A DNA stretch of 64,000 nucleotides, from assembly GCA_038874135.1 (NCBI GenBank), contig JAVZCZ010000001.1, positions 64,001 through 128,000 of the forward strand, read 5' to 3'. Positions 1-9,728 of this stretch are shown one piece after another. The position numbers and the translations under genes are program-made. How positions within the stretch are numbered: the stretch's first letter is position 1; each line of letters opens with the position of its first letter. Source of the stretch: Candidatus Woesearchaeota archaeon. GTDB taxonomy: Archaea > Nanobdellota > Nanobdellia > Woesearchaeales > 0-14-0-80-44-23. The notes beneath the pieces were generated by a model. That model searched no databases. It was not told the DNA's origin and saw only the letters and a program-made list of their open reading frames with translations.

Positions 1-192
1 CATGTACCCTTTGACTGAGTCAACAAGTTTTGTTAGCTCGTCATGCCTCTGCTGAAGTGCAGCTTCAATGTTGCTCCAAGCCTTCTCTATCTGGTTTTTA
101 AGGCGTACTAGGCTGTTATATGCTGATAAGAACCATATCAGAATAATGATCACGACCAGCACTACTGCTCCAATTATTAATCCGGTTGTCAT
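1..192 (-). CDS. lemA: LemA family protein (5' part; runs off the window)
   Basis: Manual translation MTTGLIIGAVVLVVIIILIWFLSAYNSLVRLKNQIEKAWSNIEAALQQRHDELTKLVDSVKGYM: N-terminal TM plus LemA signature YNxLV...AWSNI...LQxRxD...LVxxVKGY; GGAGG SD upstream. Confidence 0.85.
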   Translation of the reverse strand, partial: MTTGLIIGAVVLVVIIILIWFLSAYNSLVRLKNQIEKAWSNIEAALQQRHDELTKLVDSVKGYM

Positions 193-246
193 TTTTCATC
201 GCCTCCCTTTTTTAATTTTTAAAGTTGCTCAAAAACTTTTTCTTTC

Positions 247-984
247 TTATTCTAAAATCAACTTTGCAGCAATCATGAATATTATGCCTGTGAGGAATAA
301 AGCGAATGCGCTTAAAGATTTTTTTAGTTTTGCTTCCTTATGCAGTTCAGGTATCAGGTCTGATGCTGAGATGTAGAGAAAGCCTCCTGCTGCGAACGGC
401 ATTAGGAAGTTTTTGAATGGGTCTATATTTCTTAGGAAGTAGCCAGTAATTCCTCCAAGCACGCAGGTTATCTGGGAAAGAAATGTTAGAAGGAGAGCTC
501 TTCCCCTTTTCACTTTGCTGTGAATTAAGACTGCAAAGTTTCCAAGCTCCTGTGGAATCTCGTGTGCGAATATCATTAGTGAGGTTATTATTCCTAATGG
601 TATTCCTGCTATGAATGTTACTGCCATTATTAGTCCATCTATGAAGTTGTGCAGCCCGTCTCCCAAGACTATGAGCGAGCTTATTGGATGAACCTTGCAG
701 TGCCCCTCGTGGCAGTGGTGCCATCTCATTATTCTCTCCATTAAAAAGAAGAATATGAAGCCCCCCATAAGTATCAGAACAGCAGCTTCTGCTCCTATTT
801 CATGCAAGGATTCTAAGAATAGGTGAAACAGGCCGCCTGCAAACATTGCTCCTGAAGCAAAGGCAACTAGCCAGAATATCACATTTCTAAATGTTTTTTC
901 TCTAAGCTTCAAAGTTATAACTCCTGACAACCCGAGAAGTCCATCCAGAATTGTTGCCAGCAGTATCCACAGTAGAGTTTTCAT
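247..984 (-). CDS. ZIP family divalent metal transporter
   Basis: Multi-TM; GDGLHNFIDG and HEIPQELG motifs; His-rich loop HHCHEGH. Confidence 0.92.
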   Translation of the reverse strand: MKTLLWILLATILDGLLGLSGVITLKLREKTFRNVIFWLVAFASGAMFAGGLFHLFLESLHEIGAEAAVLILMGGFIFFFLMERIMRWHHCHEGHCKVHPISSLIVLGDGLHNFIDGLIMAVTFIAGIPLGIITSLMIFAHEIPQELGNFAVLIHSKVKRGRALLLTFLSQITCVLGGITGYFLRNIDPFKNFLMPFAAGGFLYISASDLIPELHKEAKLKKSLSAFALFLTGIIFMIAAKLILE

Positions 985-1033
985 GCTGTTTAGCTTAGCA
1001 GTTCTTTATTATAAAACTTTTGTTTTAAGAATT

Positions 1034-2620
1034 TTATTTTTCGGGCTGAATTTGAGTTCTTAGCGTATTTCTAAGCTCTTTCAGCAGGCGCAGTTCTTCA
1101 GTTAGATTTTGAAGCTCTTTCGCAATTTCTTCTGCTTTCTGCACATCTACTGAGCGTTCTTTTAGAATTGTTACCCTTTTTGAAATTATGAGGGCAACTT
1201 CACTTATTCTTCCTTCAACTCCGCGAAGGATTTCTGCAAATGCCCTCTCATACTTCTGTTTTATTTTAAAATACCCCTGCTCTTCAAAACATTCCTTCCA
1301 GCCTGATGGTGCCGATGCATAATCCTTCTGAAAGTTTGAATAGGTGCTGAATAATTCATCTATTAATGCTGCGTCTTCCAAGTTAAGCCCCCTGAGCACT
1401 AGCCTGCCCATTCTGAAAAATTTTCCTGATTCAGCGTGGCTTTTTAGCTCTTTAAGTCTCAAAAGGGCTTTTTCTTTCTCCTTACAAATCACGATTTTTT
1501 CAGTTACTTCAGAGTAGGCTTCTTCTGCCGCTTCCAGCTCTCTCTTTATCCTACTTGTTAGGCTGTAGCTACTTGTGCTTTGAGAAAGAATTTTTTGGTA
1601 TGCATTCAGGATTTTTTCCAGGGAGTTGCTGCAAGATTTTAATCGTGAATATGCAGCTGTGAAGTTTTTTGGGTTTTGCTCTGATTCTTTGAGGCTAGCG
1701 TGTGCTTCACTGCTGATTTCTGAGGTTTTCTTGTTTAATGCTGAAAGGGTTTCATTCCAGAATGTGTTCAGCTCAGTTATTAATTGTTCTTCAAGGGCAG
1801 CTGCTCTTATCCTGCTGTTTGGCATTCGGGTTTTTAGTGCTTCTTCTATTGCCGTGAGTATTTCCTCTTCGGAAGTAGAACTTCTCATGAGCTGAGTTAG
1901 GGCTCTTGCTTTCTCAATTCTGTTTGCATATTCTCTTCTAATTTCATCTACTATTCTTTTTGCTTTTTCGCTGTAGTGCACTTCTAGGAATCTCTTGGCT
2001 GTTGCAGATGCGTTCTCTCCTGCATATTCTGAACTTTGAAGCAGCTTGGCGCTTTGCGGCTCGTTCTGTATCTCGTATTCTACAAGTATTATTCTTTCTA
2101 GGCATTCTGGGCTTTCAGCAGATTTTACCAGGTGCTTCGCGTATTTAAGTAGGGACAGGTATGCGCCTGCTCCGAGCATTGGGCTTTCTGTATATTTAGA
2201 ATACTTCGGACTGGGTAATCTTATAATCCCCGCAGTTTCGCATTTCGTTTCGCCTTTCATACCAGAACAGTCTTCAGAGCCAACTCCTTGCGGCTTGTAA
2301 GCTTTTTCTGTCAAGCTTCTTTGTGAAGCCGATTCTGAAAACTTTTCCGCGCTTCTGTTTATCTCTTCTTGAATGTGTTCTTCCAGCATTGAATTTCTTT
2401 CTTTCTCATACTTTTTTAGAGTGTCCCTCCACATCTCTTCTGCGTCCTGTTTTATTGAATCTATTGATACCAGTCTTATTATTCTGCATAGAGGGTGCTG
2501 GCTGTTGTTTTGCACTATTGAATAAATCCTTTCATATAAAAGCCTCTCTTCTAGTTTTTCATCCTTCCAAGATAATTTTTCACATTTCTTGCGCGAGTCC
2601 TGAAGCATTATCTCTTCCAT
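1034..2620 (-). CDS. hypothetical helical/coiled-coil protein
   Basis: 528-aa E/K/L-rich ORF, last gene of a tightly spaced minus-strand run; no recognisable motif. Confidence 0.6.
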   Translation of the reverse strand: MEEIMLQDSRKKCEKLSWKDEKLEERLLYERIYSIVQNNSQHPLCRIIRLVSIDSIKQDAEEMWRDTLKKYEKERNSMLEEHIQEEINRSAEKFSESASQRSLTEKAYKPQGVGSEDCSGMKGETKCETAGIIRLPSPKYSKYTESPMLGAGAYLSLLKYAKHLVKSAESPECLERIILVEYEIQNEPQSAKLLQSSEYAGENASATAKRFLEVHYSEKAKRIVDEIRREYANRIEKARALTQLMRSSTSEEEILTAIEEALKTRMPNSRIRAAALEEQLITELNTFWNETLSALNKKTSEISSEAHASLKESEQNPKNFTAAYSRLKSCSNSLEKILNAYQKILSQSTSSYSLTSRIKRELEAAEEAYSEVTEKIVICKEKEKALLRLKELKSHAESGKFFRMGRLVLRGLNLEDAALIDELFSTYSNFQKDYASAPSGWKECFEEQGYFKIKQKYERAFAEILRGVEGRISEVALIISKRVTILKERSVDVQKAEEIAKELQNLTEELRLLKELRNTLRTQIQPEK

Positions 2621-2638
2621 ATTATTTCTGAATATTTT

Positions 2639-3421
2639 TCATTTTGATTTCGGTTCTGATGAGTACAGCATCTCCATCTCTTTAGCAATGCTGCTTTCAG
2701 GATACTTATTCTTAAGCTCTCTTATTGCTTCACAGAGCTCCTCTTTCATTCCCGACTTTTTAATTGCTATTGCTCTGAGTTCTGCTATTTCCCGTTTTGG
2801 GTTTAAAGAGAGTAGTGCATTGCACAGCTCTACGGCTTCTTCATAGTCCGACTCTGCCATGAAATACAATACTGCTTCTTCTCCAAGTTTTTCTTCTTCA
2901 GAATATATCAATTCACCTTTAGTTTCTATATATTCTCTGATTCTCTTGGACAATTCCTTTGCTTTTAGGTATGGAGAGCTCACCAGACATTCCAGGTTTG
3001 CAGTTAGGGCAAGCCCGCATATCTCTGCCAGTGCAGCATCCAAGTCTAAGCATGTGGGCGTTTGCATTCCTTCTAGGATTCTCACACCCTCTTCAATTTT
3101 TTCCGCCTTCCCACTTCTCATCATTTCTAATCCACTTTTTATGTTATAATCCCTCTCTAAGATGCATTGTTTTGTGTAATCTGCAAGGTTTCCTTCAGGA
3201 AGCTCACCCCTGTTATAATTCCTCCACTGCACGCTTTCTTCCCCTCTTTCATAATTAGCATTTTCTGAGCACTCTATCCCAGCACTTTCCACTGCGCGGA
3301 TGATTTTTCGCCTAATTCCAGAAATGCGTGGTTGAGTATCTGAACTCGCTTCTCTATCTGGAGTATCCAGCGGTGCTCCTGCAATCTCTTCTAAGCTTCT
3401 TATTATCTTTTGAAGCGCCAT
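2639..3421 (-). CDS. hypothetical protein with C-terminal TPR-like helices
   Basis: DYEEAVELCNALLSLNP and ELKNKYPES resemble TPR repeat ends; 1-nt overlap with the upstream gene. Confidence 0.55.
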   Translation of the reverse strand: MALQKIIRSLEEIAGAPLDTPDREASSDTQPRISGIRRKIIRAVESAGIECSENANYERGEESVQWRNYNRGELPEGNLADYTKQCILERDYNIKSGLEMMRSGKAEKIEEGVRILEGMQTPTCLDLDAALAEICGLALTANLECLVSSPYLKAKELSKRIREYIETKGELIYSEEEKLGEEAVLYFMAESDYEEAVELCNALLSLNPKREIAELRAIAIKKSGMKEELCEAIRELKNKYPESSIAKEMEMLYSSEPKSK

Positions 3422-4224
3422 TATCTACCGCCCTTAATCATTTCCGGAAGCCATAGTTTTATGCTTAAGTACTTCCTATCAGGTGGACTAATCTTTAATT
3501 CCGAGCCGTAAGCTCTAATTATTTCTGCAGCGCTGTTCAGGTACCAGCTCTCTTCTACTAATTCTCTAATTTTCTTTTCATCTGAAACCCTGCTGCACCA
3601 GCCCTCAACTTCTGTGAGCTTTCCTTTCCTCTCTGCAGAGAAAACTATCTTAGAGTTTGGCGCTGCACATTCTTCCAAAAAGTATGCCACCTTTTCAATG
3701 CACCTTCCTATGGACATCGGAGCTTCTACCACTACTGAGTCCAATGCGTAGCCCTCCAGAGCCACCTTTTTGAATGTGCTCTTCTCTACCTTCCTAAAAG
3801 CATCTTTCAGTTTCAACTCTGAAATCTCGTTCATTCCAGAGTAGTTTGAAAGTTCAAGATACACTTTCAACATGGGTTCCAGCAACTCCCTCTTAGTAAT
3901 TTTGCTCTTATCTTCTAAGAATAGCTGCACTTCGCTTACAAGCTCACAGAGCTTCTTCGCATTAAGATGCACCCTGCCTACAAATCTCTTTACCTCCTCA
4001 CTGCAAGAACCAGTTTCAGCATATTCTTCTAGAACTCTGATTCCGTTTTTCAAAAAGTCCATATCCAGCGTTGGAGAATATAAAGAATCTTCAAGTGATG
4101 AGCCTAAAGAATCGCAGATTCTGAGCAGTTCAAAAGCTATTCCGGAAGCCTGCGCCCTTATCGCAGTATCAGTTTCATACCTTCCTTCCAGCAGGTTTTC
4201 CAATCCTAAAAATCTGGAACTCAT
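3421..4224 (-). CDS. hypothetical protein, possible degenerate histidine-kinase-like (HATPase_c) fold
   Basis: C-terminus YLNSAAEIIRAYGSELKISPPDRKYLSIKLWLP parallels the HATPase end (GLxIxxxIVxxHGGxIxVxS...FxIxLP) but has no N/G boxes. Confidence 0.45.
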   Translation of the reverse strand: MSSRFLGLENLLEGRYETDTAIRAQASGIAFELLRICDSLGSSLEDSLYSPTLDMDFLKNGIRVLEEYAETGSCSEEVKRFVGRVHLNAKKLCELVSEVQLFLEDKSKITKRELLEPMLKVYLELSNYSGMNEISELKLKDAFRKVEKSTFKKVALEGYALDSVVVEAPMSIGRCIEKVAYFLEECAAPNSKIVFSAERKGKLTEVEGWCSRVSDEKKIRELVEESWYLNSAAEIIRAYGSELKISPPDRKYLSIKLWLPEMIKGGR

Positions 4225-5867
4225 AACTTCTCACCCCTGCTCTTGAGCAGCGCTATGGCTTCTTCCCTCTTCTCAAGCTCCTCAGCAATCTTCCTCACTT
4301 CAAATTTTCTGGATATCTCTTTCTGCAGAAGTTCTTCCCTGTATTTTCCCTCAATTGCTTCAATCAAGTCAAGCTCGCCTATCTTAGATATGCCCTTTTT
4401 TATTTCCAACTCTAAATCTTTAACTTCAAGGCTTCTCAGCCGTGCGTAGTCAATTGTTGAGCAAGCCTTCTCCTGAAGCATCTTCAACGCCTTAGTGAGC
4501 TCCCTCGGGCTTAGCACTTCTGAGTAATTCATGCAGAGCTCTGCGGCTCTGAAAAATCCCTCGCGGCTAATATTTACATATCCTGCATCTATTCCCTTCC
4601 TAAGCTTTGAAATTAGAAATTCAGCGTATTCTGCCTCTGTCTGAGGTCCTGGCACCTTGAAGGAAGCTTCACCTATCCTTTCCAGCAGTGCCTCGTCAAG
4701 ATCGCTCGGCTTGTTGCTGGCTGAAAGTATTAGATAGTTTCCATAGTATGAAGTGTCTATTCCTTCTATTATCTGCATCAAGTATATTGTCATGCTCCTG
4801 TCAGGTGCATTTACTTCTGATCCAGACCTGCTGACTACTAGCCCGTCTATGTCGTCTATGAACACTACTCCCACGCCTTCCGGGCTCATTGCCTCTCTGG
4901 TTTTTGTTCTTAAGATTTCTTCAGTTTCTCCATACCACTTCTTCTTTATTGAGGAGTCAATTGTAACCCAGCTGAATTTCTTCCCGCTCTGCTCAGATAA
5001 TTGTCTCATGTAGTTTCGCATTGCAGCTGCGAGGCTGGTTTTTCCAGTCCCAGGCCTGGCGTATAGGAATACTGTTCGCGGTATGTAGCTCACTTTTAGT
5101 ATTGGGTTGTTTCTTTCTTTGGGGCTGTAGAGGAATAGCATCTCTGCATATCTCTGCAGTGCGGACTTCGCCTCGCTGTTTCCTATTATGTCCTGGAAGG
5201 TTATCTGTGCTGTGCTCTCACCTTTTTCTGAAGTAAGCATTTCTGGCTCTGCTTTTTTCCCGTTTTTACATCTTGAGAATCCTTTAATCTTAATTCCATC
5301 TAGCGAGAGCACTGCACTGCTTATTGCGGCTTCAAGCCCTGGATATGCACTTTTTTCTTTGAGGATTTTTTCTTCAAGCGATCCGTATAGAATGCTGAGT
5401 ATTCCCTTTATTTGAGTTCCAGTGTTTGCATTGTTTTTTATTGAGTGTATGTAGGATGAGATTATCGTGTCTAGGTATGCTTCAGGGCTAGACGGGCTTC
5501 CTTCTGAGAAGCTTATGAAGGATAGTTCGTGTTTTAGTTCGGGCAAATCAAATTTTAACATTTCCATTCCTTTTGAGATGCCCGCGTATGTTGCAAACAT
5601 GTTGAGGAATGAATATGTGTCTTCGCTTATGCTACTTGCGCTTGAGATTAGGTATCGCGAGGCGCACTCTCTTACAACATAGAATGTGGCAAGGCATTCT
5701 TCAAGAGATTCTGCAGCTTCATATCCATCTCTTGAAGGCATTCCGATGGCTGTTGCGTCTTTCAGAATTATTGTGTTGTAGAAGTCATATTTCTGTTTAA
5801 GCACTTTTTTTATTTCAATCCTCATCTTGTTTAGTGCTGAATAGTCAATTCTTAGAATCTCTTCCAT
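4221..5867 (-). CDS. AAA+ ATPase (classical clade-like, single module)
   Basis: Walker A ARPGTGKT, pore loop KKWYGETE, Walker B VFIDDID, sensor-1 SASN, SRH LDEALLER. Confidence 0.85.
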   Translation of the reverse strand: MEEILRIDYSALNKMRIEIKKVLKQKYDFYNTIILKDATAIGMPSRDGYEAAESLEECLATFYVVRECASRYLISSASSISEDTYSFLNMFATYAGISKGMEMLKFDLPELKHELSFISFSEGSPSSPEAYLDTIISSYIHSIKNNANTGTQIKGILSILYGSLEEKILKEKSAYPGLEAAISSAVLSLDGIKIKGFSRCKNGKKAEPEMLTSEKGESTAQITFQDIIGNSEAKSALQRYAEMLFLYSPKERNNPILKVSYIPRTVFLYARPGTGKTSLAAAMRNYMRQLSEQSGKKFSWVTIDSSIKKKWYGETEEILRTKTREAMSPEGVGVVFIDDIDGLVVSRSGSEVNAPDRSMTIYLMQIIEGIDTSYYGNYLILSASNKPSDLDEALLERIGEASFKVPGPQTEAEYAEFLISKLRKGIDAGYVNISREGFFRAAELCMNYSEVLSPRELTKALKMLQEKACSTIDYARLRSLEVKDLELEIKKGISKIGELDLIEAIEGKYREELLQKEISRKFEVRKIAEELEKREEAIALLKSRGEKL

Positions 5868-5911
5868 GGGAAGCTCCTCCTTTAAAATTTAATAAAAAAA
5901 TTTAAAACAGC

Positions 5912-7021
5912 TCAATTTGTTTTTTCCGTTGAATACTTTCCCGGCTTTTTTCTGATGTCTTGCACTATTGAGTCAATATTGTCTGATGTCTCACTGATGA
6001 GCTGTCCTCCCTCGTCATTTCTTCTCATTATGCTCTGCGCAGTGTTCTCACTGTAAAACTCCGAAGGGGCTGTGGATATGCTCTTCATTATTATGTCCAG
6101 GTTTTGCGATAGCAGGTCTAAACCCTTGTTCATTGCGTTTTGGATTTGATTTGCGTACTTCTGAACTGCCCCTGTGACTTTAACTATCTTTGAGAGCTTG
6201 ACCATTACATCCTTCATCTGTTCAGCTTCTTTTATGTAGTCCTCTGCGCTGCTCTTGAATATTTCAATCCTGCTAAGAGTGCTTTCCGCCTGCTCGTAGA
6301 GCGCGTCTATTACCTGTGCTGTGTTTTCCATGAATACTAAGCGGTGTGAAGCTATTTTAAGCTGCGTATCCAGAGTTCTCCTATCCTGCATCATCTTGTC
6401 TATTTCAACTTCTAACGTATCTCTCAGCCCGTACTCTCCCTGTTTTTCTAATCTGTTGTAGTCCCTCTTGTATTTTTCTATTTCAATATCCAGCTGCCCT
6501 ATTGCCGATTTGTAGTCATCTATGCTTTGGCTTAGTTCTATCTTCAGCTGCTGCTTCTCTTCATAGTAGCTTCTCAGCTCCTCTTTTGTTGCTCTGAACT
6601 CTTTGAGTTTTGATTCAAGCTCATCAACTGCCTCTTTGGAGTTTCTTATTAGCTTGTCTATGTAGAACTCCTTTTCTGTGTACTCCTTGTTTATCAGCTT
6701 GTTCCAGTAAAGGCGAATCATATCTATGAATGTGTTTCTTCCTTCAAATAGCTCTGTCATCTTTTTCTCGTTTTCTTCAATCTTTCGTATTGCTTCATCT
6801 ACATTTCTGTAAGAGCGCGAATACTCATTGCTAAGCCCCTGCACTAGTCCAGTGTAAGATCCTGCTTTTTTTACTCTTTCAAAGAGCTTTTTCTGCTTTC
6901 CTTCTACCAGCTTTTTTACATACTCGGTTTCAAATTCGCTCTTGGCTATTTCTTCTATTTCTCTTTCTTCAACAACCTGCTCGGCTTCAAGATTCTGACC
7001 TGATTCATCTGTCTCGCTCAT
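5912..7021 (-). CDS. coiled-coil protein, possibly distant TelA/KlaA (toxic anion resistance)-like
   Basis: All-helical ~370 aa; IDKLIRNSKEAVDEL, LRSYYEEKQQLKIEL, MENTAQVIDAL and NKGLDLLSQNLDII follow the TelA pattern by eye; start moved to the ATG after GGAGGAG. Confidence 0.45.
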   Translation of the reverse strand: MSETDESGQNLEAEQVVEEREIEEIAKSEFETEYVKKLVEGKQKKLFERVKKAGSYTGLVQGLSNEYSRSYRNVDEAIRKIEENEKKMTELFEGRNTFIDMIRLYWNKLINKEYTEKEFYIDKLIRNSKEAVDELESKLKEFRATKEELRSYYEEKQQLKIELSQSIDDYKSAIGQLDIEIEKYKRDYNRLEKQGEYGLRDTLEVEIDKMMQDRRTLDTQLKIASHRLVFMENTAQVIDALYEQAESTLSRIEIFKSSAEDYIKEAEQMKDVMVKLSKIVKVTGAVQKYANQIQNAMNKGLDLLSQNLDIIMKSISTAPSEFYSENTAQSIMRRNDEGGQLISETSDNIDSIVQDIRKKPGKYSTEKTN

Positions 7022-7490
7022 TTTTCTCTCCTCCGTCTTTTTCATTTTGGGTAATTTTTAGCACCTTTTCCTCTACATACTTATCTTCCTGTTCTGCAAT
7101 TATTTTCGCCTCTTCAGAATTTCTTCTTATCCTTTTAGCAATTCCTTCTCCGTTGTATTCTTGAGAGATGTTCATTCCGTCTGAAATTTCGGTATAGAAT
7201 TCTTCTTGAAAGTTTTGTATTTTCTTCAGGTATCCTTCCAGTTCTTGTACCTGGTTTAGTATCCTGCTTACCTGTTGGGAATATTTTTCGTATCTCCTCC
7301 GCGTATTTTCATCTGCCCTTTGGTATTCATCTTTTATTCGGCTTATTGCGGATTTCAGCTCATTTTCAACTTCGCCTATCTTCTGTTCTATCCCTTGAAC
7401 TTCCTCCTGCATCTGCTTTAGCAGTTTGTCTATTCCTGAAGGTTCCAGCCCTAGTTTTTCCCTAATAAACTTGGAATAGTACCTTGGCAT
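7005..7490 (-). CDS. hypothetical coiled-coil protein
   Basis: 161 aa, heptad-rich, overlaps the next gene. Confidence 0.6.
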   Translation of the reverse strand: MPRYYSKFIREKLGLEPSGIDKLLKQMQEEVQGIEQKIGEVENELKSAISRIKDEYQRADENTRRRYEKYSQQVSRILNQVQELEGYLKKIQNFQEEFYTEISDGMNISQEYNGEGIAKRIRRNSEEAKIIAEQEDKYVEEKVLKITQNEKDGGEKNERDR

Positions 7491-7503
7491 TTTTGCTCAC
7501 TCT

Positions 7504-7980
7504 TTAAGGGCTGTTGAAATATTCTGTTATTCTGTTGTATAAGTCCTTTAACCAGCTCTTTCCTGTTTCAATGCCGTCCTTAACCTTTTCTTTTACATAT
7601 TCTTTGATTATTTCGTCCTGCGTTGTGCCTTTAAATTTTAGGAAGACCTCTTTCTGTTCCTGTGCGCTTAGGTTTTCCGCGATGTCATCTATGCTTCCAA
7701 CTATTAGGTCTTTAGTGCCTTCCCTTATCGGGTACTTCCCGTTGGGGCTTGCAAGATACACTTCAACTAGTCCGCTCTGATTCTTTTCTATGTCAATGCT
7801 CAGCTCGTACGGCTCCTGGTAGAATCCCTGTTCTACCTTGTAATTCTGAGGAAATACCTGTGAACTCGTCTTTCTGAATATGTTGTTGAAGTTCACAGCG
7901 TCCCCCACTGCCATTGTTCCGGCTAGTGCCCCCACTACAGCTATTGTCCCAACAATTTTTCCCAGCATTCCCGCACTCAT
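7504..7980 (-). CDS. hypothetical membrane-anchored/secreted protein
   Basis: N-terminal hydrophobic helix IVGTIAVVGALAGTMAV; GAGGAG SD. Confidence 0.6.
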   Translation of the reverse strand: MSAGMLGKIVGTIAVVGALAGTMAVGDAVNFNNIFRKTSSQVFPQNYKVEQGFYQEPYELSIDIEKNQSGLVEVYLASPNGKYPIREGTKDLIVGSIDDIAENLSAQEQKEVFLKFKGTTQDEIIKEYVKEKVKDGIETGKSWLKDLYNRITEYFNSP

Positions 7981-8110
7981 TTTACTCCTCCTCAGTAATT
8001 TTATTTGTATTGCATTTGCATTAATTTTGGACTTTATTTTTAATAAGGATTTGCCGTTTTAAATGGGAAAGTTTTCATCTTTTCTGAAGGAATTTCGGAA
8101 TAGTTTATTC

Positions 8111-8554
8111 TTATTCAATTGTGAACCCTTCGCTTTTAAGCTGGCATAGGATGTGATACCCTTCAACTTTTAATGCACCCCTTTCTTCTAGTTCATGCTG
8201 AAACTCTTCTACCTGTTTCAGGTTTGCAAAGATCATTTCAGCATAGAAGTCAAACCCGCCTCTTATCCTTTGAAGAGTGTTGATGTGCGGGCTGTGAGCA
8301 AGTAGCTCAGCCATCTCGTTAATTCTTGCCCTGTCAGATTTTATTAGGTATACTATTCTGAGCCAGTACCCAATCTTGGAAAAGTCAATTAGCGATACAT
8401 ACTTCCTTATTATACCATCTTCTTCCAGCTGCTCCAGCCTGCTGAAAACTTTTGTAACTGGAATATCAATATTGCGCGCGATTATTGCTGTGCTCTCCCT
8501 AGCGTTCCTCCTCAGCTGGCTTATTATCCTTCTGTCGTTTATTTTCCTCTTCAT
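8111..8554 (-). CDS. Lrp/AsnC family transcriptional regulator
   Basis: DRRIISQLRRNARES...RLEQLEEDGIIRKYVSLIDFSKIG HTH plus RAM domain (GGFD). Confidence 0.9.
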   Translation of the reverse strand: MKRKINDRRIISQLRRNARESTAIIARNIDIPVTKVFSRLEQLEEDGIIRKYVSLIDFSKIGYWLRIVYLIKSDRARINEMAELLAHSPHINTLQRIRGGFDFYAEMIFANLKQVEEFQHELEERGALKVEGYHILCQLKSEGFTIE

Positions 8555-8581
8555 TTTCGTTCGTCCTCCTCTTTCTTATTT

Positions 8582-9643
8582 TCAACTTCCAAAGATTATC
8601 TTCTTAGCAAGGTCGCACTTCTGATTGTATTCCTCCCAATTTCCACTTGTGTTCTTTATCAGAAGCTTTACATAGTATTTCCCGTAGGGTGTTGTTATGT
8701 CAGTGTATATTGCGCTCCTGTCCTTCACCATATAGAAGTACGCCTTGTTTCCAACTTCTCCGTTTTCAATATTCCCATCCACTAGTGTGTCTAGAGCTTT
8801 CTTCTGTTCATATGTTAGAATGTTTACCGCTCGTAATATTCCGTATAGCCCCGTCCAGTCGGACTTTGCAAATTGTTTCTTATACATCTCCGGCAGGTAT
8901 TGTTTTAGGCTCGGGCTGTCTTCCCTGAATATGGCGTCAAAGTATAAGCTTAATTTTTCTTCAAACCTTTTTCTTTCCTGAGCAGTTGTGCTTTCGTTGT
9001 CATTTTTCAGCTGCGGTGCATTTTCCTGAGTTTTTGTTTGCTGTGCTGCGCTCTGCTGATATACTGCCGCTGGGCTTTTATTATTACTCAGGCTCTGGCT
9101 TTCCTGCGCGGTTGTTTGGGCCAGTTGTGTAGTGGAGATTGTTATTGGCGTTTCTTCCTTCTTCTTTTTGTTTTTTTCATCTTGTGTGTATTTGCTGTTG
9201 AAAAGTTCTGTAGTGTCATAAAAATTTTTTATTATAATGTTTTCATAGAGCCAAAGCATTATGTTTATGCTGCTCTTTCCAGGAAATTGTGAGCCGTCTA
9301 ATTTTTCATTCAGCTCTTTTAAGTATTCAGCTTTGTTCTGCAAATTAGAATCTCTTATTGCTTCGCTGAGAAGTTTTGAGCAAGTTGCATATTCTGAGCT
9401 CATGCTTGCCATAAGATTATTATAGCTTGGCGTATGAGCCCAGATTCCAAAGCATACAAGTGCAGCCGCGGCTGCCTTTCCAATTTTTGATATTACTCTT
9501 TTTGCAGTATTCTTCCTTTTTCTAGAAAGTTTTATCTTCTCTATTATAAGTTGCTGTGCAGACCATTCTGCCTCTCTGTTTAGCACCCTTCTGGAAAGCT
9601 CTTCCGCTTCGCTTATGAGCTCTTCCAATTTTTTTTCTTCCAT
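8582..9643 (-). CDS. hypothetical single-TM protein with T/Q/S-rich linker
   Basis: TM AAAAALVCFGIW near residue 60; low-complexity linker; C-terminal globular part. Confidence 0.6.
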   Translation of the reverse strand: MEEKKLEELISEAEELSRRVLNREAEWSAQQLIIEKIKLSRKRKNTAKRVISKIGKAAAAALVCFGIWAHTPSYNNLMASMSSEYATCSKLLSEAIRDSNLQNKAEYLKELNEKLDGSQFPGKSSINIMLWLYENIIIKNFYDTTELFNSKYTQDEKNKKKKEETPITISTTQLAQTTAQESQSLSNNKSPAAVYQQSAAQQTKTQENAPQLKNDNESTTAQERKRFEEKLSLYFDAIFREDSPSLKQYLPEMYKKQFAKSDWTGLYGILRAVNILTYEQKKALDTLVDGNIENGEVGNKAYFYMVKDRSAIYTDITTPYGKYYVKLLIKNTSGNWEEYNQKCDLAKKIIFGS

Positions 9644-9728
9644 ACACTCTTTTTAGAATTTTTTATTTTTTATAAGAATTAGCAGTCAAAAATTGAAGGA
9701 TTTTCAAAAATTTTATTTTAGAATGTAT

